DNA of 64,000 bases from the NCBI RefSeq assembly GCF_009914755.1, contig NC_060928.1. One strand, 5' to 3'. How positions within the stretch are numbered: the first letter of the stretch is position 1; every line of letters starts with the position of its first letter. This document shows positions 17,632 to 43,582 of this stretch, piece by piece. Source of the stretch: the human T2T-CHM13v2.0 reference genome, Homo sapiens. The translations under genes were made by a program, and so were the position numbers. The notes under the pieces are model-generated. The model had not been told where the DNA came from. It was given only the letters and a program-made list of their open reading frames with translations, and searched no databases.

Positions 17632-17933
17632 TTTTTAAAATTTATTTATATTTTAGAGACAAGGTCTCACTCTGGCTCCCAGCCTGGAGTGCGGTGGCAT
17701 AATCACAGCTCACTGCAGCCTGGAACTCCTGGGCTCAAGCGATCCTCCCACCTAGCCTCCTGAGTAGCTAGGAATACAGGCATGCCACCACACTGAGCTA
17801 GCTATTTTTTTTATTTTTTGTAGAGATGAGGTCTCACTGTGATGCCCAGGCTGGTCTTGAACTCCTGATGTCAAACAGTCCTCCTGCCTTGGCTTCCCAA
17901 AGTGCTAGGATTTCAGGCATGAGCTACTGCACC
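17632..17933 (-). mobile_element. AluJ
   Basis: TSD AAAGGTGTGATTTA at 17618-17631 and 17934-17947. Confidence 0.93.
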
Positions 17934-18539
17934 AAAGGTGTGATTTAATAAGTTACAAGCTTTAATTCCATGACAAAACTTTGGAGACATATGAATATAC
18001 TTGGAATATAGGACTTCATATCTGAGAAAAGTAGCAGAACTCTAACCATGAGGGGGTAAGAAAGTGAGAGGAATTTCAAATGGGCGAAAAGTAATTGAAA
18101 AAATTCTGAGACTGATTATTTATTGAAATGTAGCTAAGAATCTGGACTGTGGTGCTGGACAGCCTAGGTTTGTATACCAGCTATGATGTGCAAATTACTA
18201 AAATTTCCTCTGCTTCTATTTCCTCATCTATAAAATGAGAATACTGGTATTACCTACATCATAAGAGTGTAATGATGATTAAATGAATCAATATTTGTAG
18301 AGGACTTAGAACAGTGTTTGACTCAGAATAAGTCCAGCATAAATGTTTGTTAAACACTTAAAAACATATGCTGCATGTAGGGAAGAATTACTTTAGTGCC
18401 AAAGCTGAGAGGCACTTTGACAGGATTGGAAAAGTGAAAATTAATTGAAGTATAGAATTGTCTCCATATTGATGATTTTCATAAAGTAAGAGCAGTTATT
18501 TATATACTATTGGTCAATGTAAATAATGGCCAGAATTAC

Positions 18540-18682
18540 CTGGCAGGCATCTATATTTCCTTCCATGTACCCAGCACATAGCACTCTATCCTGTACCATA
18601 CTACGATAGGCTTCTTTAGCATTACAAGTGTTTGTATCAGTAATCTTCACAGATGCTTTCTGAAGGAACACTGGGTATTTAC
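18540..18682 (-). pseudogene. TMPRSS11BNL: Pseudogene exon 9, intact
   Basis: 143 bp; KYPVFLQKASVKITDTNTCNAKEAYRSMVQDRVLCAGYMEGNIDACQ. Confidence 0.9.
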
Positions 18683-19146
18683 CTAAAGGAATTAAATATT
18701 ATCAGCAAACAAGCTGAAAGAGCTGGATGACCTTGATTTATCCTTTGTACATAAGACCCATGTTTGACTGTTGCATACTTTTAGAATGAAAAGCCCACTC
18801 ACTTTCCTCACTCAAAATGATAACAAAGAGATGTTCAAATTATAATTTGAAATATGTTTCTAATGTTGCCTGTCTCTCTTTATCTCTCTTCCTACATCTT
18901 TGGACTAGAGCTTTCTCAATTGGCTTTTCCAGGTTAGGGAGTTTCTACAACCAAATTGGTTTCCTTGGAATGTTTGAAACCCAGGCAGTTTGCAAAGTCA
19001 TAACTCCCTATGCATCATTCCCTAAGAGATTGTCTGAGAGCACTCAACATCTGGAGGTAAGTGATGCTTTTCACTCGACACCTAGATTACTATTTTCCTG
19101 TTGCTTTTGTACCTTACATGGTATGTTAAGTTTTCACTGATCTTAC

Positions 19147-19404
19147 CATTAAATGAAAGTCTTCCCCATCCTGTAACAACTCCTTCACCAGGTGGAAAAA
19201 TCTGTGTGGCTTCAGGAAGACAAACTCGATGTACATCATTCTTAAATAAAACTTTTTTAGTGAGCAGTATAAGTGCGATATCATCATGATGTTCATCCTG
19301 GATGTAGTCTTCATGAATAATAATTTGTTGTACATCATGTTGCATATAGGGAAGAGTTACTTTCGTGCCAAAGCTGACAGTATAGTTTTTTGGATTTTTT
19401 TGTC
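19147..19404 (-). pseudogene. TMPRSS11BNL: Pseudogene exon 8 (Asp motif) with +1 frameshift in an A-run
   Basis: KNPKNYTVSFG...HHDDIALILL...VCLPEA...VTGWGRLSFNG; 258 bp versus 260 bp in TMPRSS11B. Confidence 0.9.
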
Positions 19405-20159
19405 CTAAAGAAATAAAAATCATGTATTTTGTACTTATTTCAAGATAATAGAGATACATTCTGCATCTACTGTACTCTTTTCTTGGCATGAATATTTCCT
19501 TGCTCTATAGTCCATTAGCAATGATATAATCTGATTTTTAACTCATTTGAAAAAATCTTGAGTTCCTACACCATACCCCATGTAAGGCAATGGGGGAATA
19601 GAATAAAAATAAATGGCCATGCCATCGAAAAGTTTAAATCTGGTGAAAGGTAGGTGTAAACACTAGCAGTTATAATAGGTTAAATAGTGGTGTATATAAT
19701 TAGTGGGACTACAAAATAGGAAGACTTAAATCTGTATTCTTAAAGGAATGGAAGATTTCTTAGGGAAAACAGCATTTTGGATAAGACTATGGGACTAAGT
19801 CGCATTTGCCTAAAAGGCGAGGAGATGGGGGCAGGCATGTGCAGAGAGGAAGGTACATATGAAATAGAATGTGTTTCAGCAACTACAAGTAGTTTAGGAT
19901 GTCTGTATTATAAAGTGATGAGAGGTGAGTATCATGTGAAGAAAAAATGCACTGTCCAGAATGAATGACTCTTCGCATTTTTACTGAAAAGTTAGGAAAG
20001 TCTTAGATAGGCTTACCATATAATTTTTCTTCCAAACCGGGACACTTTTGAGAATGAAAGGGAGTGCTGCTAATATTTAAACAGGGATAACAGGTGCAAA
20101 CTGGAACTTCCTCCAAAGCCTTTGGTTTCTGTAGCTTTGGGCAACATAATGAACTTAAC

Positions 20160-20334
20160 ACTTTAAAACAGTGAGCTGCAGTCACCAAGTGTCTTTCACT
20201 GATCAATGATGCCCCACAGTAGTGTTGCCCACTCATTTTAAGGCTTGCTTGTCATGGTCATTCTCCTTCCTGATCAATGGAACCTCCCCTGACTCTATCA
20301 AATGTAGGTGGCATCCTTGCTCGTCTCCCACAGC
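20160..20334 (-). pseudogene. TMPRSS11BNL: Pseudogene exon 7 (His motif) with two nonsense codons
   Basis: [56 protein letters not shown]. Confidence 0.9.
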
Positions 20335-20855
20335 CTGTCAGAAAAAGTCAGTTTTGCTTCATTAAAAATAGGAAAATAACATTTGATTACAAAGCAGAGA
20401 GTGAGCTGAGTTGGCTTTGTGTGGTTATATCTGACAATATCTTGTGCTGATAGGTACAGTGTAATCTGTACAGGAATCACTAGCAGCCAGTGGATTGCTT
20501 GCATACCCAACATACTGTCTCCAAGACACCAGCACTTGGAGAATGTGTGAGCTGTGGAAGGCAGATAAAGTTATGGTTAAGTCCATGCTCTGCAACCAGA
20601 CTCCCTGAGTTTGAATTCTGGCCTCGCCATTTACAAGCTGGATGAATTTGGGCAATCATTTCACTTCTTTGTGCTTCAGTTTCCCCATCTCAAAAATGGA
20701 ATCATAATCATAACCATCTGTAGGATGGTTACAAATATTAAATGAATTACTGTATATGTAAAACACTTAGAACTGTTCCTAACCAATAGTAACAAATCAT
20801 GATTGCTGTGCTTTAGATCACCTCATAAATTTAATTAAAAAGTATCTGAACTTAC

Positions 20856-20894
20856 GGTTGTTGATAATTTTTGCAGCACTGACCTTACTGATTT
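20856..20894 (-). pseudogene. TMPRSS11BNL: Pseudogene exon 6
   Basis: 39 bp, EISKVSAAKIINNR; same size and phase as TMPRSS11B exon 6. Confidence 0.88.
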
Positions 20895-21595
20895 CTGAAA
20901 TAGAACAAAAAATTCATAGTAAATTTAAAACCTAGCACCACTGACCTTGGGGCGATGGATTAAGACGATAGGTCAAGCAGGGCAGAAGAGTCCGTAAATA
21001 ATTTGAAATTTCAAAATAAAGTGTTAATACAAAGGAGAGAACACTGGTTTATTGGAATTGTTCTTTTACTATACATGAATGTATGATATGGAGGTACCAT
21101 CTTCATGGCTCCGCAGGAGAGACTTCTTTCTTATTTGATTAGAATTGTATTCTACATCATCTAAAGTGGAAAACTATGAGTGTCTTTTCTTAGAAGAAGA
21201 GGAATTCCCTACAAGTGAACCTAATTCCTGTCAGTATACAAAAAGATAACTTTTAAAAAGTGACCTGTCTTATAATGGTGGGTCCACTGCTGTTTTTGAA
21301 AGTTATAGGAGATTTTTAAAAGATTAGCAAGACACATCAGTACTTATAAGGACTGTTTAAAGTATCAATATCTGCTTTTGAATGAAAAGCAGCCTGCCCT
21401 CACCCCTGAATCAAGTAAAAGGTTTGGTATTATTGTGATTTGATTGTGTTTTTAATAGTGAAGAATACAAATAATTGCTCTGATATAAAAGTGACATTCA
21501 TTTGAAAATATTGAAGATCAGTTTTGTGTCTGATATTTGTGATATATGCTAGGGATAAAATGATGAAAGTAACACCACTCCCATCATGAGCTTAC

Positions 21596-21756
21596 CCATA
21601 AGCCTCAGAGAATTCACATCTGTAGTCAAGGATCCTGAGTGGTTCTTCAGCATCTGATGTAAGATACTTTCAATTCTTTTTCTTGTGTTTTCTTTCATTA
21701 ATCTTGGACCCTTGAATACCAGCCATATATGTGCTGTCACTCTGTTGTTATCAGGA
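21596..21756 (-). pseudogene. TMPRSS11BNL: Pseudogene exon 5 (SEA)
   Basis: 161 bp; PDNNRVTAHIWLVFKGPRLMKENTRKRIESILHQMLKNHSGSLTTDVNSLRLM. Confidence 0.88.
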
Positions 21757-21980
21757 CTGGAAACAACATAAAGTTTTCATATGTTGCTGAAAACAGCATT
21801 TTCTTCCTCTTTGTCTGATCTTTCATAGCTTGGTTTCTTCTGCTCTTTTGTGGGTTTGTGGAGTACCCTTAGGTTAAGCACAGGACCATCCATCCTCTTA
21901 TATTTGCTTGATGACAGTATGCATGCAGCTGTATTATTCAATATAGAGGACAAGCAGTTACACAAATCTAAAAAAAGGGA

Positions 21981-22276
<296 letters not shown>

Positions 22277-24420
22277 GAGTTGCCTGAGGCATAGGGTAAA
22301 GGTATCACCTAAGAATTGGGATGATTTATTAATACATTCATCAATCATTTGTTGAACAACTGCTATAGACAAGCAACTGAGCTAGGTGCTATTAGGTGAT
22401 GCAAGGGTGACTAAGACACAATTTCTACTCTCAAGGAAATTGTAGATTTTTAGGGAAGATAAAACATATATACAAATTACTAAAATAAATGAGGTGGAAG
22501 CAATAATTTATTTATCTTATCTGGAGATATTCCCAGGAAGGTCAAGTCATTTTTTACATAAAAGATCAGAGAAATTTGCATGGAGGAAGTGACATACACA
22601 ATGAAACTTAATGTATTTTTGTTTCTGCTTCATTATCAAGCAGAAAATTGCATAAAGCAGAGATGAGAAGGAATATTTCTTCAGAATAATTGATGGCAAT
22701 AATATTAATTAGCATGGATTGGGCATCTGCTATATTCCAATGTACTTTGTATTACGTAGCCAATGTACTTTGCTATCACATTTATTAGCACAGTCTCCAC
22801 AACAATCCTGCAGCATAGGTGTTATCTTCATTTTATAGACAAGGAAAAATTGAGGCTCTGGGAAGTTATATAATGTATTCAAGAGTAAGTACACACTACA
22901 CTAGGATTTAGATTTAGTGCAGTTGACTGCATAACCTGGGCTCTTTACAGAGCTGTCTGTATGCTGTACACTGTCACTCTGTGCCTAGTCATACAGTAAT
23001 GGCAGTGTCTAGGAGATTGGGCTCAACCAGAAGAGGATCTTTAATGCTAGCTGAGGGGTAGCGGTGATGGAAAGTTGTTGAGGTAAACTGTATTTGAGGA
23101 AAATTAATCTGACCATGAGTTTTAGGGAAGATTTGTCTGGAAACAGGAAAAGGGCAGTCAGCCTGAGGAGCTAGCCAATTAGACACGCAGGAATTGTTAA
23201 GGAGTCCTGAAGCTTGTGTCTGAAGTAACATTATTATGCTTTGAGGCTTCCTCAGGGATGTTCAATATTTTGGCACATAAATCAATAATAATTCCTGGGA
23301 AGCACTCAGGTCACATAAGTTTGATTATTATAGCAGTGTATGCTAAAGTGAAAAGCTTTGTCCTGTGACCTCTTCATGACTGCCTTTTGGCCCATGCTGT
23401 TTATAGATACTTGAATTTACATGCATGGGAAAACAAAACAGAGACATCTCCCGTGGTTGTAGTCATCTCTGAGAGATATCTGGGCCCTTCAACTTTAATC
23501 TCACATTTATGTTCAATACCAAAATTGACCTCCAATGTTAATGCTAGTTGAGAGCTTAATCTGTTCTACAATTCCAGGAGTCCCATGAGCAGGGAAGAAG
23601 AGCAGACATAGTCCTGCGACACTGATGGAAATAAAAGCAATAATTGCCTTCATCTGAAATGTGTTTATTTGTGAGTGTTTCCACACATATTTTCTTTTCT
23701 TTTTTATCCTTAGTACTGTTCTGTGAGTGAGGCAAAGCAAGTATTACTACTAACATGTAATGAGATAGTGGAACAGATTCAAAGCGATACAGTAACTTGC
23801 CAAAGACTCTAGGGCTATTAAATGGCAAAGGCTAGGCTCAGGTTGTCTAAATCTATTCTATGGTTACCTCGGCTAGTTCATGCCACTCCAAACCCACATG
23901 TAGGGAACACAGCATAGCTATTTTACTTCTTATTATGGTGACTAGAAGGTTTTCTTGATCTCAAAGTCTAGTGTAAATATGCTGTCTCCTAACCTGTATC
24001 TACTAAGAATTCTAGGGGTATTTCCACAAAGTGTTTAGCTGACTTGCAAGTCAAAAGACAGGAGAAAACAGGATCTATATTTATGCTACTGCTAAATAAA
24101 AATTTTAGAGCATCAAACATTGGTCTATGGGACTATCTAATGTTTTCTGAACATAAATATTTAGGAAACCAAAAGGATGACACATTTATAATTTGAGGAT
24201 TAATGTATCCTCAATACATCTAGTGAACTCAACTATATGGCCCCAATCTTAGGTTTCATATTGAAAAATTAGTCTGACATTTATGATAATGCTTGATATT
24301 CATAGCTTATTGGCTAAGGACTATAACATATCAATAGATTCTTTTCACAGAGAAATTTGAAGTGTCCTGGTATGTATGATCAGTTGATCTCTTTTTTGAT
24401 GGTTAATGTTGGTTACTTAC

Positions 24421-24488
24421 ACCAGTGTGATGACTTGAGAAAAGATATATTGTCTGTAAATGCTAGAACTTTGAAATGCATCAACCAT
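24421..24488 (-). pseudogene. TMPRSS11BNL: Pseudogene exon 4 (SEA)
   Basis: 68 bp; ancestral frame MVDAFQSSSIYRQYIFSQVITLV. Confidence 0.88.
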
Positions 24489-24578
24489 CTGTTAACAGAG
24501 AAAATAGAGTCAAATATCAAATTCCAATACTTATATTTCAGAGAATTAACAATGAAATATAGGAAAATACTAACTTAC

Positions 24579-24696
24579 CTAGTCTCAAGAATTTGGCTAA
24601 GATAGTTATTTTCTGGTGATGTCTCCCTTTCATAATTGCTATTATATGGGATATCCAGCATTTTAAAGCTACCTTGGTAGAAGTAGATCCTGTTTG
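24579..24696 (-). pseudogene. TMPRSS11BNL: Pseudogene exon 3 (SEA domain start), ends out of phase
   Basis: ANRIYFYQGSFKMLDIPYNSNYERETSPENNYLSQILET then AG|gtaag; ends in phase 2 while exon 4 needs phase 0. Confidence 0.88.
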
Positions 24697-24920
24697 CTGT
24701 GAGATCAAGAAATGATCCAAGAATTATTTAAATTAAATAAGCTTCAAATCCAGATATAGATTACACAGCAATAACAACTAGTATGTATTGTGCTCATATT
24801 AGATATTGATACACTCTTTGGGTACAGTTGACTAGATCATCTAGGCATTGTGTTTACAGGACCAAGTATGAGATAGATATATATTTATATTATGTGATAT
24901 AAATATATATAATATATATC

Positions 24921-25070
24921 TATATTCCTGTTTCAACCAATATGTTACTTTGTCTGAACTTTGAGATATATATATCAATCATAAATAGACAGAGATAAGA
25001 GAATGTTTGAGATAGTAGATGAAGATATAAAGTTCAGACAGAGTAAAATGTTGGTTGAGACAGGAATATA
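24921..25070. repeat. Inverted repeat, 42-bp arms with 66-bp spacer
   Basis: 24921-24962 versus 25029-25070, 4 mismatches. Confidence 0.9.
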
Positions 25071-26839
25071 TACTATAAAGAGATTTCCATCTATAGTAAT
25101 CAACTGTCAGATTATGAATAAAAATAGTTACCATGTAAGTATCTACTATGTGAAGATACTTTAGAAAAACTTTATGAAATGTATTAATCGTTCAGGAGAA
25201 GTGTAGTCTCAGAGAGACTAAGTAATTTACCCAAAATTATACAGCCACTAAGAAGAGCCAAGTATCAAAACTCAATTTGTCTGACTCCAAAGCCTATACT
25301 TAAGCTATTATATTTCCTTCCTAAAATTTCATAGATATTAAGCTGCTTGACATATGACATGTGTTATCTCCAATGTGATGCATATTCAACATTTAGCAAT
25401 ATGCTACATACTGCATGAGTGCCAAGCATATAAGAACTAAATAAATATTAATATTATTTTGCAATATGATTATTGCCTTTGAAAATCATCTTGTGGAAGA
25501 GATGATATGAATGAAACCATTACATGTGATATTAATATGATATAATTAAATGGCAAAGTTTATTTTTCAACTGCAAGTTCTATGTGAATGCAGAAAAGGA
25601 GACAATATGATTAAATATAATATCACTATAAATGTGAAAATATTTTATAATGAAGTTGATGGAAAAAGAAGTCAGAAAGTTCTTAACAAAATGCTGAAAA
25701 TTGGTTGATTATAAGTGATTTAGGAAGGAACATTGTTAATTTCAGTTAGCTTTTCTGTGGGTCATAGACCTTTCACTATAGAGATAAACTGATAAAGCTT
25801 TATAAGAGTAGCTTACTAGGTTTTTTTATAAGTAGCAAAAACTAGACCCTGAAACTATGCAACTTCTCTCTCATAATTCAATGTTCCCAATGCATCATTT
25901 AGTTATTTGGATTCCTGATTATTTCTACCTATTACAATGTTCAACAGCCATGAATATTCCTTAATTAATACAAGATTAAATTAATGTAATTAATAGATTG
26001 GCGGGATATGGATTGGTTGATTACAACTGAACGGAGCTCTCTTCCCAGAGAGAGTGAATAAATTGAATTTGTAACATCTATGGCAATTAAGATAAAGAAA
26101 ACATACCCTAGAACAAGAAAATCAACTCTTGAATATCCAGTTACTAATTTAATTCTGTGTAGCAGTCTTAATGGGACACTGAGATTGCTCACTAACTATA
26201 CTGAGGCCACTGTGAATACAGCCATTCTGCTCAGTTGACACCTAATGAGATGAAAATAACTTCTGGGAATGGGATGTCTACAAGGCATACTTGTACCATA
26301 TGATTAACATTTCCATCTATGTAAGTAGTTTAAATGCCAATATGAATTGAGAAAGATGGATAATGGAGCAGAAAAAAAAGGAAATCATTCTATAACTTTT
26401 CCATAACTTAATTATTTAAAACCTATAATTAAATATATTTAATTATATTAAAACCTATTCTGGAAAGAAAACCTAAAACACACACACACACATATATATT
26501 GTTTTCCTGAGTGCTCTGGATGCAATATCAGGGTTTAAGCATAAATTAAGAGAGGACTTCTAGCTGAAGCTGACACAGCAAAAACGCTTTTACATTTTCT
26601 TACCCCTAAGCCCAGAAAAAGAACAAAAGATAAGAATAGTGGGTTGTATTCTAAGGAAACAAACAATGCAGCTACAACTTACAACTTCAAATTAAAAAAT
26701 GTGAAGCAAACATGCTCCAAACTGTGAAATATACACTGAAGTGAGAAATTATATACATCAGAGATAACATCTCACAAATTAAGCTAGATGCACATTTTTC
26801 TAAAAGTTCTCAATGATTAAGTATCAAGACTTCAAAGAT

Positions 26840-27148
26840 GGCCGGGTGCGGTGGCTCACACCTGTAATCCCAACACTTTGGGAGGCCGAGGCAGGTGGAT
26901 CACCTAAGGTCGCAAGTTCGAGACCAGCCTAGCCAACATGGTGAAACCCTGTCTCTACTAAAAATACAAAAATTAGCTGGGCTTGGTGGCAGGAGCCTGT
27001 AATCCCAGCTACTTGGGAGGCTGAGGCAGGAGAATTACTTCAACCCAGGAGGGGGAGGTTGCAGTGAGCCTAGATTATGCCACTGTGCTCCAGCCTGGGC
27101 AACAGAGCAAGAGTCCATCCCTTAAAAAAAAAAAAGAAAAAAAAAAAA
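26840..27148 (+). mobile_element. AluS
   Basis: Full dimer; TSD AAGACTTCA(A/G)AG. Confidence 0.94.
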
Positions 27149-27234
27149 GACTTCAGAGCTTAGAAAAAGACAGGAATATTTCTGTAAAGGCCTATTTTAA
27201 CACTGCATAATGGCAAAAGTAATAATAAAAGTGA

Positions 27235-36296
<9,062 letters not shown>

Positions 36297-36619
36297 AATA
36301 AAAGTGAAATCATACAATTGTGACATTTTTATTGTATATGTTCCAATCTTCCAGCTAAGGCAACTTGCTGAAGGTAACCTGGGGGAAAAAAAAGAAAGGA
36401 CATCAGAAATTACTATATCATAATTCAGAGAGTCTGCAAATTAGGGAGATTTCTTCAGGGCCACCCCATCTTCTTACCTCTTAAAAAATGAAACTAAATG
36501 GACCCTGGGGTTAAAGAAAACAACAATTAGATAAGATAATTTTTGAGATAATAGGTGAAGATATAAACTGCAGACTCCCTCAGCCTGGAAGTCCGAGACA
36601 GAGCATTAAGGGAAAAAAC

Positions 36620-38995
36620 ATCCATAATTAGAAAAGAGAAAGTTAAATTGTCCCTGTTTACAGGTGACATAATCTTATATTTAAAAAAAAACTAAAGACG
36701 TAACCAAAACATTCTTACAACTGATAAATGAACTCAACTAAGTTTCAAGATTAAAAATTAACATATAAAAATCAGTAGCATTTTTATACATCAATAACAA
36801 ACTGGTTGAAAAATAAATCAAGGAAACAATCCCAATTACAATAGCTACAGAAAAAGAGAATCATAAAATGAATTTAACCAAGGAGGTGAAAGATCTCTAT
36901 AAAGAAAACTACAAAACTCTGAGGAAAGAAATAGAAGACGCTCAAAAAAATTAAAAGACAACACATGTTCATGGAATGGAATAATTAATGTTGATAAAAT
37001 GAGTATACTACTCAAAGCAATCTACAGATTTAATGCAACTCTTATCAAAACACCAATGACTTTTTTAACCAATGACATTTTTCACAGAAATAGAAAAAAC
37101 AATCCTAAAATTGTTTTGGAACCACAAAAGACCCAAATAGCCAAAGCAATCCTGAGCAAAAAGAACAAAGCTGGAGGCATCACACTACCTGACTTCAACG
37201 TATACAACATATACTTCAACAAAGCTATAGTGACAAAAATCGTGTGGTACATATTTACAGTTATCTGATTTTTGACAAAAGCAACAAGAGCATACATTGG
37301 GGAAAGGACAATCTTTTCAAAAAATGGTGCTGGGGAAACTGGATGTCCACATACAGAAGAATGACACTAGACCCCTCTCTTACATTGTACACAAAAATCA
37401 AATCAGGGTGACTTACAGAGTTAAATGTAAGGCACAGAACTGTAAAATTACTTGAGGAAAACATAGAGGAAATGCCCTAAGACATTAGTCTGGGCAAATG
37501 TTTTATGAATAAGACCTCAAAAGCACAGGTAATAAAAGCAAAAGTAGACGAATGGGATTATATCAAACTAAAAAACTTCAGCACAACAAAGAAAACTATC
37601 AATAGAGTAAAGAGACACCTGAAGAATAGAAGGAAACTATTCATCCAACAAGAGATTAATATTTAATATCTGATATACGAGGAACTCAACAGAAAAAGAA
37701 ATCCAACTAAAAATAGGCAGTTGATCTGAATAGACATTTTTCAAAAGAAGACAAACAAAGGGACATCAGGTCTATTTTTTAAAATGCTTGGCTGGGCGTG
37801 GTGGCTCACACCTCCTAGCACTTTGGGAGGCCAAGGCAGGTGGATCACCTGAGGTCAGGAGTTTGAGACCAGCCTGACCAACATGGTGAAACCCTGTCTC
37901 TACTAAAAATACAAAAATTATCCGGGCTTGGTGATGGGCGCTTATAATCCCAGCTACACAGGAGGCTGAGGGAGGAGAATCACTTGAATCTGGGGGGCGG
38001 AGGTTGCAGTGAGCCAAGATCGTGCCACTTCACTCCAGCCTGGGTGAAAGAGCGAAACTCTGTCTCAAAAAAATAAATAAATGAAATAAAATAAAATAAA
38101 ATGCTCAACATCATTAACCATCAGGGAAATGCATATCAAAACCATAATGAAATATAATCTTACCCCGGTTAGAATGGCTGTTATAAAAAGACCAAAAATA
38201 ACGAATGCTGGCAAGGATGTGGAGAAAAGGGAGCTCTTACACAATGTTGGTAGAGATTTTAAATTAATAGAGCCATTATGGAAAACAGTATGAAGTTTCT
38301 TCAAAAAGCTAGAAATAGAACTACCATATTGTCCAGCAATCTTACTACTGGGTATATACATATCCAAAGGAAAGAAAATTAGTTTGTCAAAAAGAAATCT
38401 TTGCTCTCATGTTTATTGCAGCACTATTCACAATAGCCCTAAGTGTCCATCAACAGATGAATAGGTAAAGAAAATGTGGTATATATACATCATGAGATAC
38501 TATTCTGTCATAAAAAAATGGAATCCTGTCATTTTCAGCAACATGAATGGGGGACGTTAAATAAAATAAGCCAGGCAGGCACAGAAAGATAAATACTGCA
38601 TGTTCACACTTACATGTAGAAGCTAAAAACTTTGATCTCATAGATGTAGAGAGTAGAATAGTGGTTACTAGAAGCTGGAAAGTGTAGGAGAAGGGGAATA
38701 GGAAGAGATGTGTTAACAGATACAAAATCAAAATTACTGTTAGGCAGGAGGAATAATTTCTTGTCTTCTAAAGCACTGTAGGATGACTATATTTAACAAT
38801 AATTTATTATGTATTTTCAAATAGCTAGAAGAAAAAATGTTGAGTGTTCTTGACAAAAATAAATAGATAATGTTTGAGGTGATGAATACATTAATTACCC
38901 TGACTTGATCATTACATATTGTATACATATATTTAAATATCATCCTAAACCTTACAAATATATACAATTACTATGTGTCAATTTAAAAAAAAAAA
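36620..38995 (+). mobile_element. Older 5'-truncated L1 (L1MA/L1PB-type), ORF2 C-terminus and 3'UTR, interrupted by an Alu
   Basis: Degenerate ORF2 (KAIYRFNA..., [12 protein letters not shown]) and L1MA-like 3' end with A tail at ~38985. Confidence 0.85.
37790..38098 (+). mobile_element. AluS inside the old L1
   Basis: Full dimer; flanking AAAATGCT repeat. Confidence 0.94.
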
Positions 38996-39149
38996 ACACT
39001 CCCTCAGCCTATAATCTACCCTCTAGGCCCACTTCTTACAGTATTCTTTAGAAAACATCTATCCCAAACCCCAAAGGGTAAATAGTAGTTACAAATAATG
39101 CAGTAGGGAACCTCATAGATCTTGGAGGAAAAAAGCCAAAAGGAAGAAA

Positions 39150-41760
<2,611 letters not shown>

Positions 41761-42642
41761 AAAAAAGAAATATGGAATTCAGGCATTAGGGTGTCAGATT
41801 CAACAGATAGTTGAAGGTAAATCTCAGGATGCTGCTAAAGGGAAATCCCAAAATGACTGCTATATTGCCAGAGTATGAATGTGTACAGAATCTTCATTCT
41901 TCCATAGTAGAAAGTGAACAGATGATGCCAACAATTGAAAAATTAGAATACAGCAATATTAAGAATCAAAGAATTGAAAGTGGTTGTATTTGAGAAGTGA
42001 AAAACAGGGATAGTGAAGGAGGGGCTGTGTTTGCATAAGAAAAACTCTGAGTAACTATTTGATTATTTATGAGCATACTAACTTTGGAGGAAAAAAAACA
42101 ACACCCAGGCATAGCAATACCGTGAAGAAAGAGTTGATGATGAGTATATGCTCCATCTAAATATATATTCCAAACTAAACAACTGTAGCAACATTTATTA
42201 CAGACCAGAACAAAGTGTTACAAATGTTGACAATGTAGTAAGAATAATATTGCTAACAAACTACTGAGAATTGTAGGAGGAAAATGAAAAGTACAAATAC
42301 ATGATTTTCTTGTCTTTCATAGTAGGATATAAATGATATAATATCTAAAGTTAAAACATAGCATTTTTTAAAAATGACTTCAACTTTTCTTATGTTTTCC
42401 AAAGTCTATCTGTGCATTCATGTCTGTGTATGAATATCCATTATTTTATCTGTGTATAGTGAAAAAGATGTCTGCAATACAGTGTTTGACAAATGTTAGC
42501 AATGCTTATTTCTGTAATCTGTGGTTCCTGGTGCCATTTTAAAGGGAGATAATTCATTGTTTCCAATTTTTTTTTATCTTTTGTAGAAATTGAAATAAAG
42601 ATTACAGTAAAATGAAATAAATGAAATGTATTATTTACCAAC

Positions 42643-42758
42643 CTACTGCCAGAAAATGAACAAGGAGACCAATAGCTATTCCAAAGATTGCCAACACTCC
42701 AAACACAAGAAGGGCAATCATCCATAGTGACACAGATGTACAGGAAGCCATGACTGGT
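42643..42758 (-). pseudogene. TMPRSS11BNL: Pseudogene exon 2, intact transmembrane signal-anchor
   Basis: PVMASCTSVSLWMIALLVFGVLAIFGIAIGLLVHFLAV; 116 bp, cAG/GTtg. Confidence 0.9.
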
Positions 42759-43582
42759 CTGCAAGTAAAGGATGATATGAATATGAAGGCTCTATCAGAA
42801 ATACCACAGTCATTTTAAATCTGTATGTCTTGTCTCCTGCTCGCCCCTAGAAACTCTACAATTCAGACACAATAGTAATAAAAGACATTTTAAAAAGGAG
42901 GAAGAAAGGGAGAGCAGAGGGAGGGAGGAAGAGTGAGAGGAAGAAACAAAGATTTAAAAAAATCAGCTTGCCTTAAAGCTTTTGATTGAACCTCTCTAAA
43001 TCTGTTATGAGGTTACATTTAGGAGTATAGTGGTTGGTTACAAGTTATCGATACTTGGCACCTTGCTCCCTCCCATGGTCAAGGATTAGAAACAGAGTAT
43101 CAGTAAGTGAAGATCTTGTCAGGTCAGAGGGGTGGGGAAGGGAAGGGAAATGTCTTAGAAGTTCTTTATGCGTAAGCCCATATTAATCTTTTAGAGTATG
43201 ATCATGATCCTATATTATTTATTATGCCTTTATTTTATACAAAGAACATGCGCAAATATGAAGTGCTATACTGTGTTAGAGCACTGTCCATCTATCTTAT
43301 TAGCTTATTTATTACTCTGTTTCAAAGAACTCTTTCGTAGAAAAGCATGTCGTGATGAATCTACAATGTCAGGTATTTTCACTATGTCTTGTTTAGGCAA
43401 AAATTTGTATTGAGAGCCTCAATCTCAGTTGAAATAAGGATCTGTGGGAGTTTTCTAGACAAAATGACATAGGAAGACATCTAGGAAGAGGGAACAACAT
43501 GCAATGCTTAAAGAAAGACCAGCAATTCAATTTTGTTATGGCAAACTGAGTCATTAATCATTCAAAGATGACATCGGAGAGT

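Noticed and set aside
19082-19489. 135-aa standalone trypsin-like ORF
   Set aside because: It is pseudo-exon 8 read through into flanking introns and lacks the His and Ser motifs
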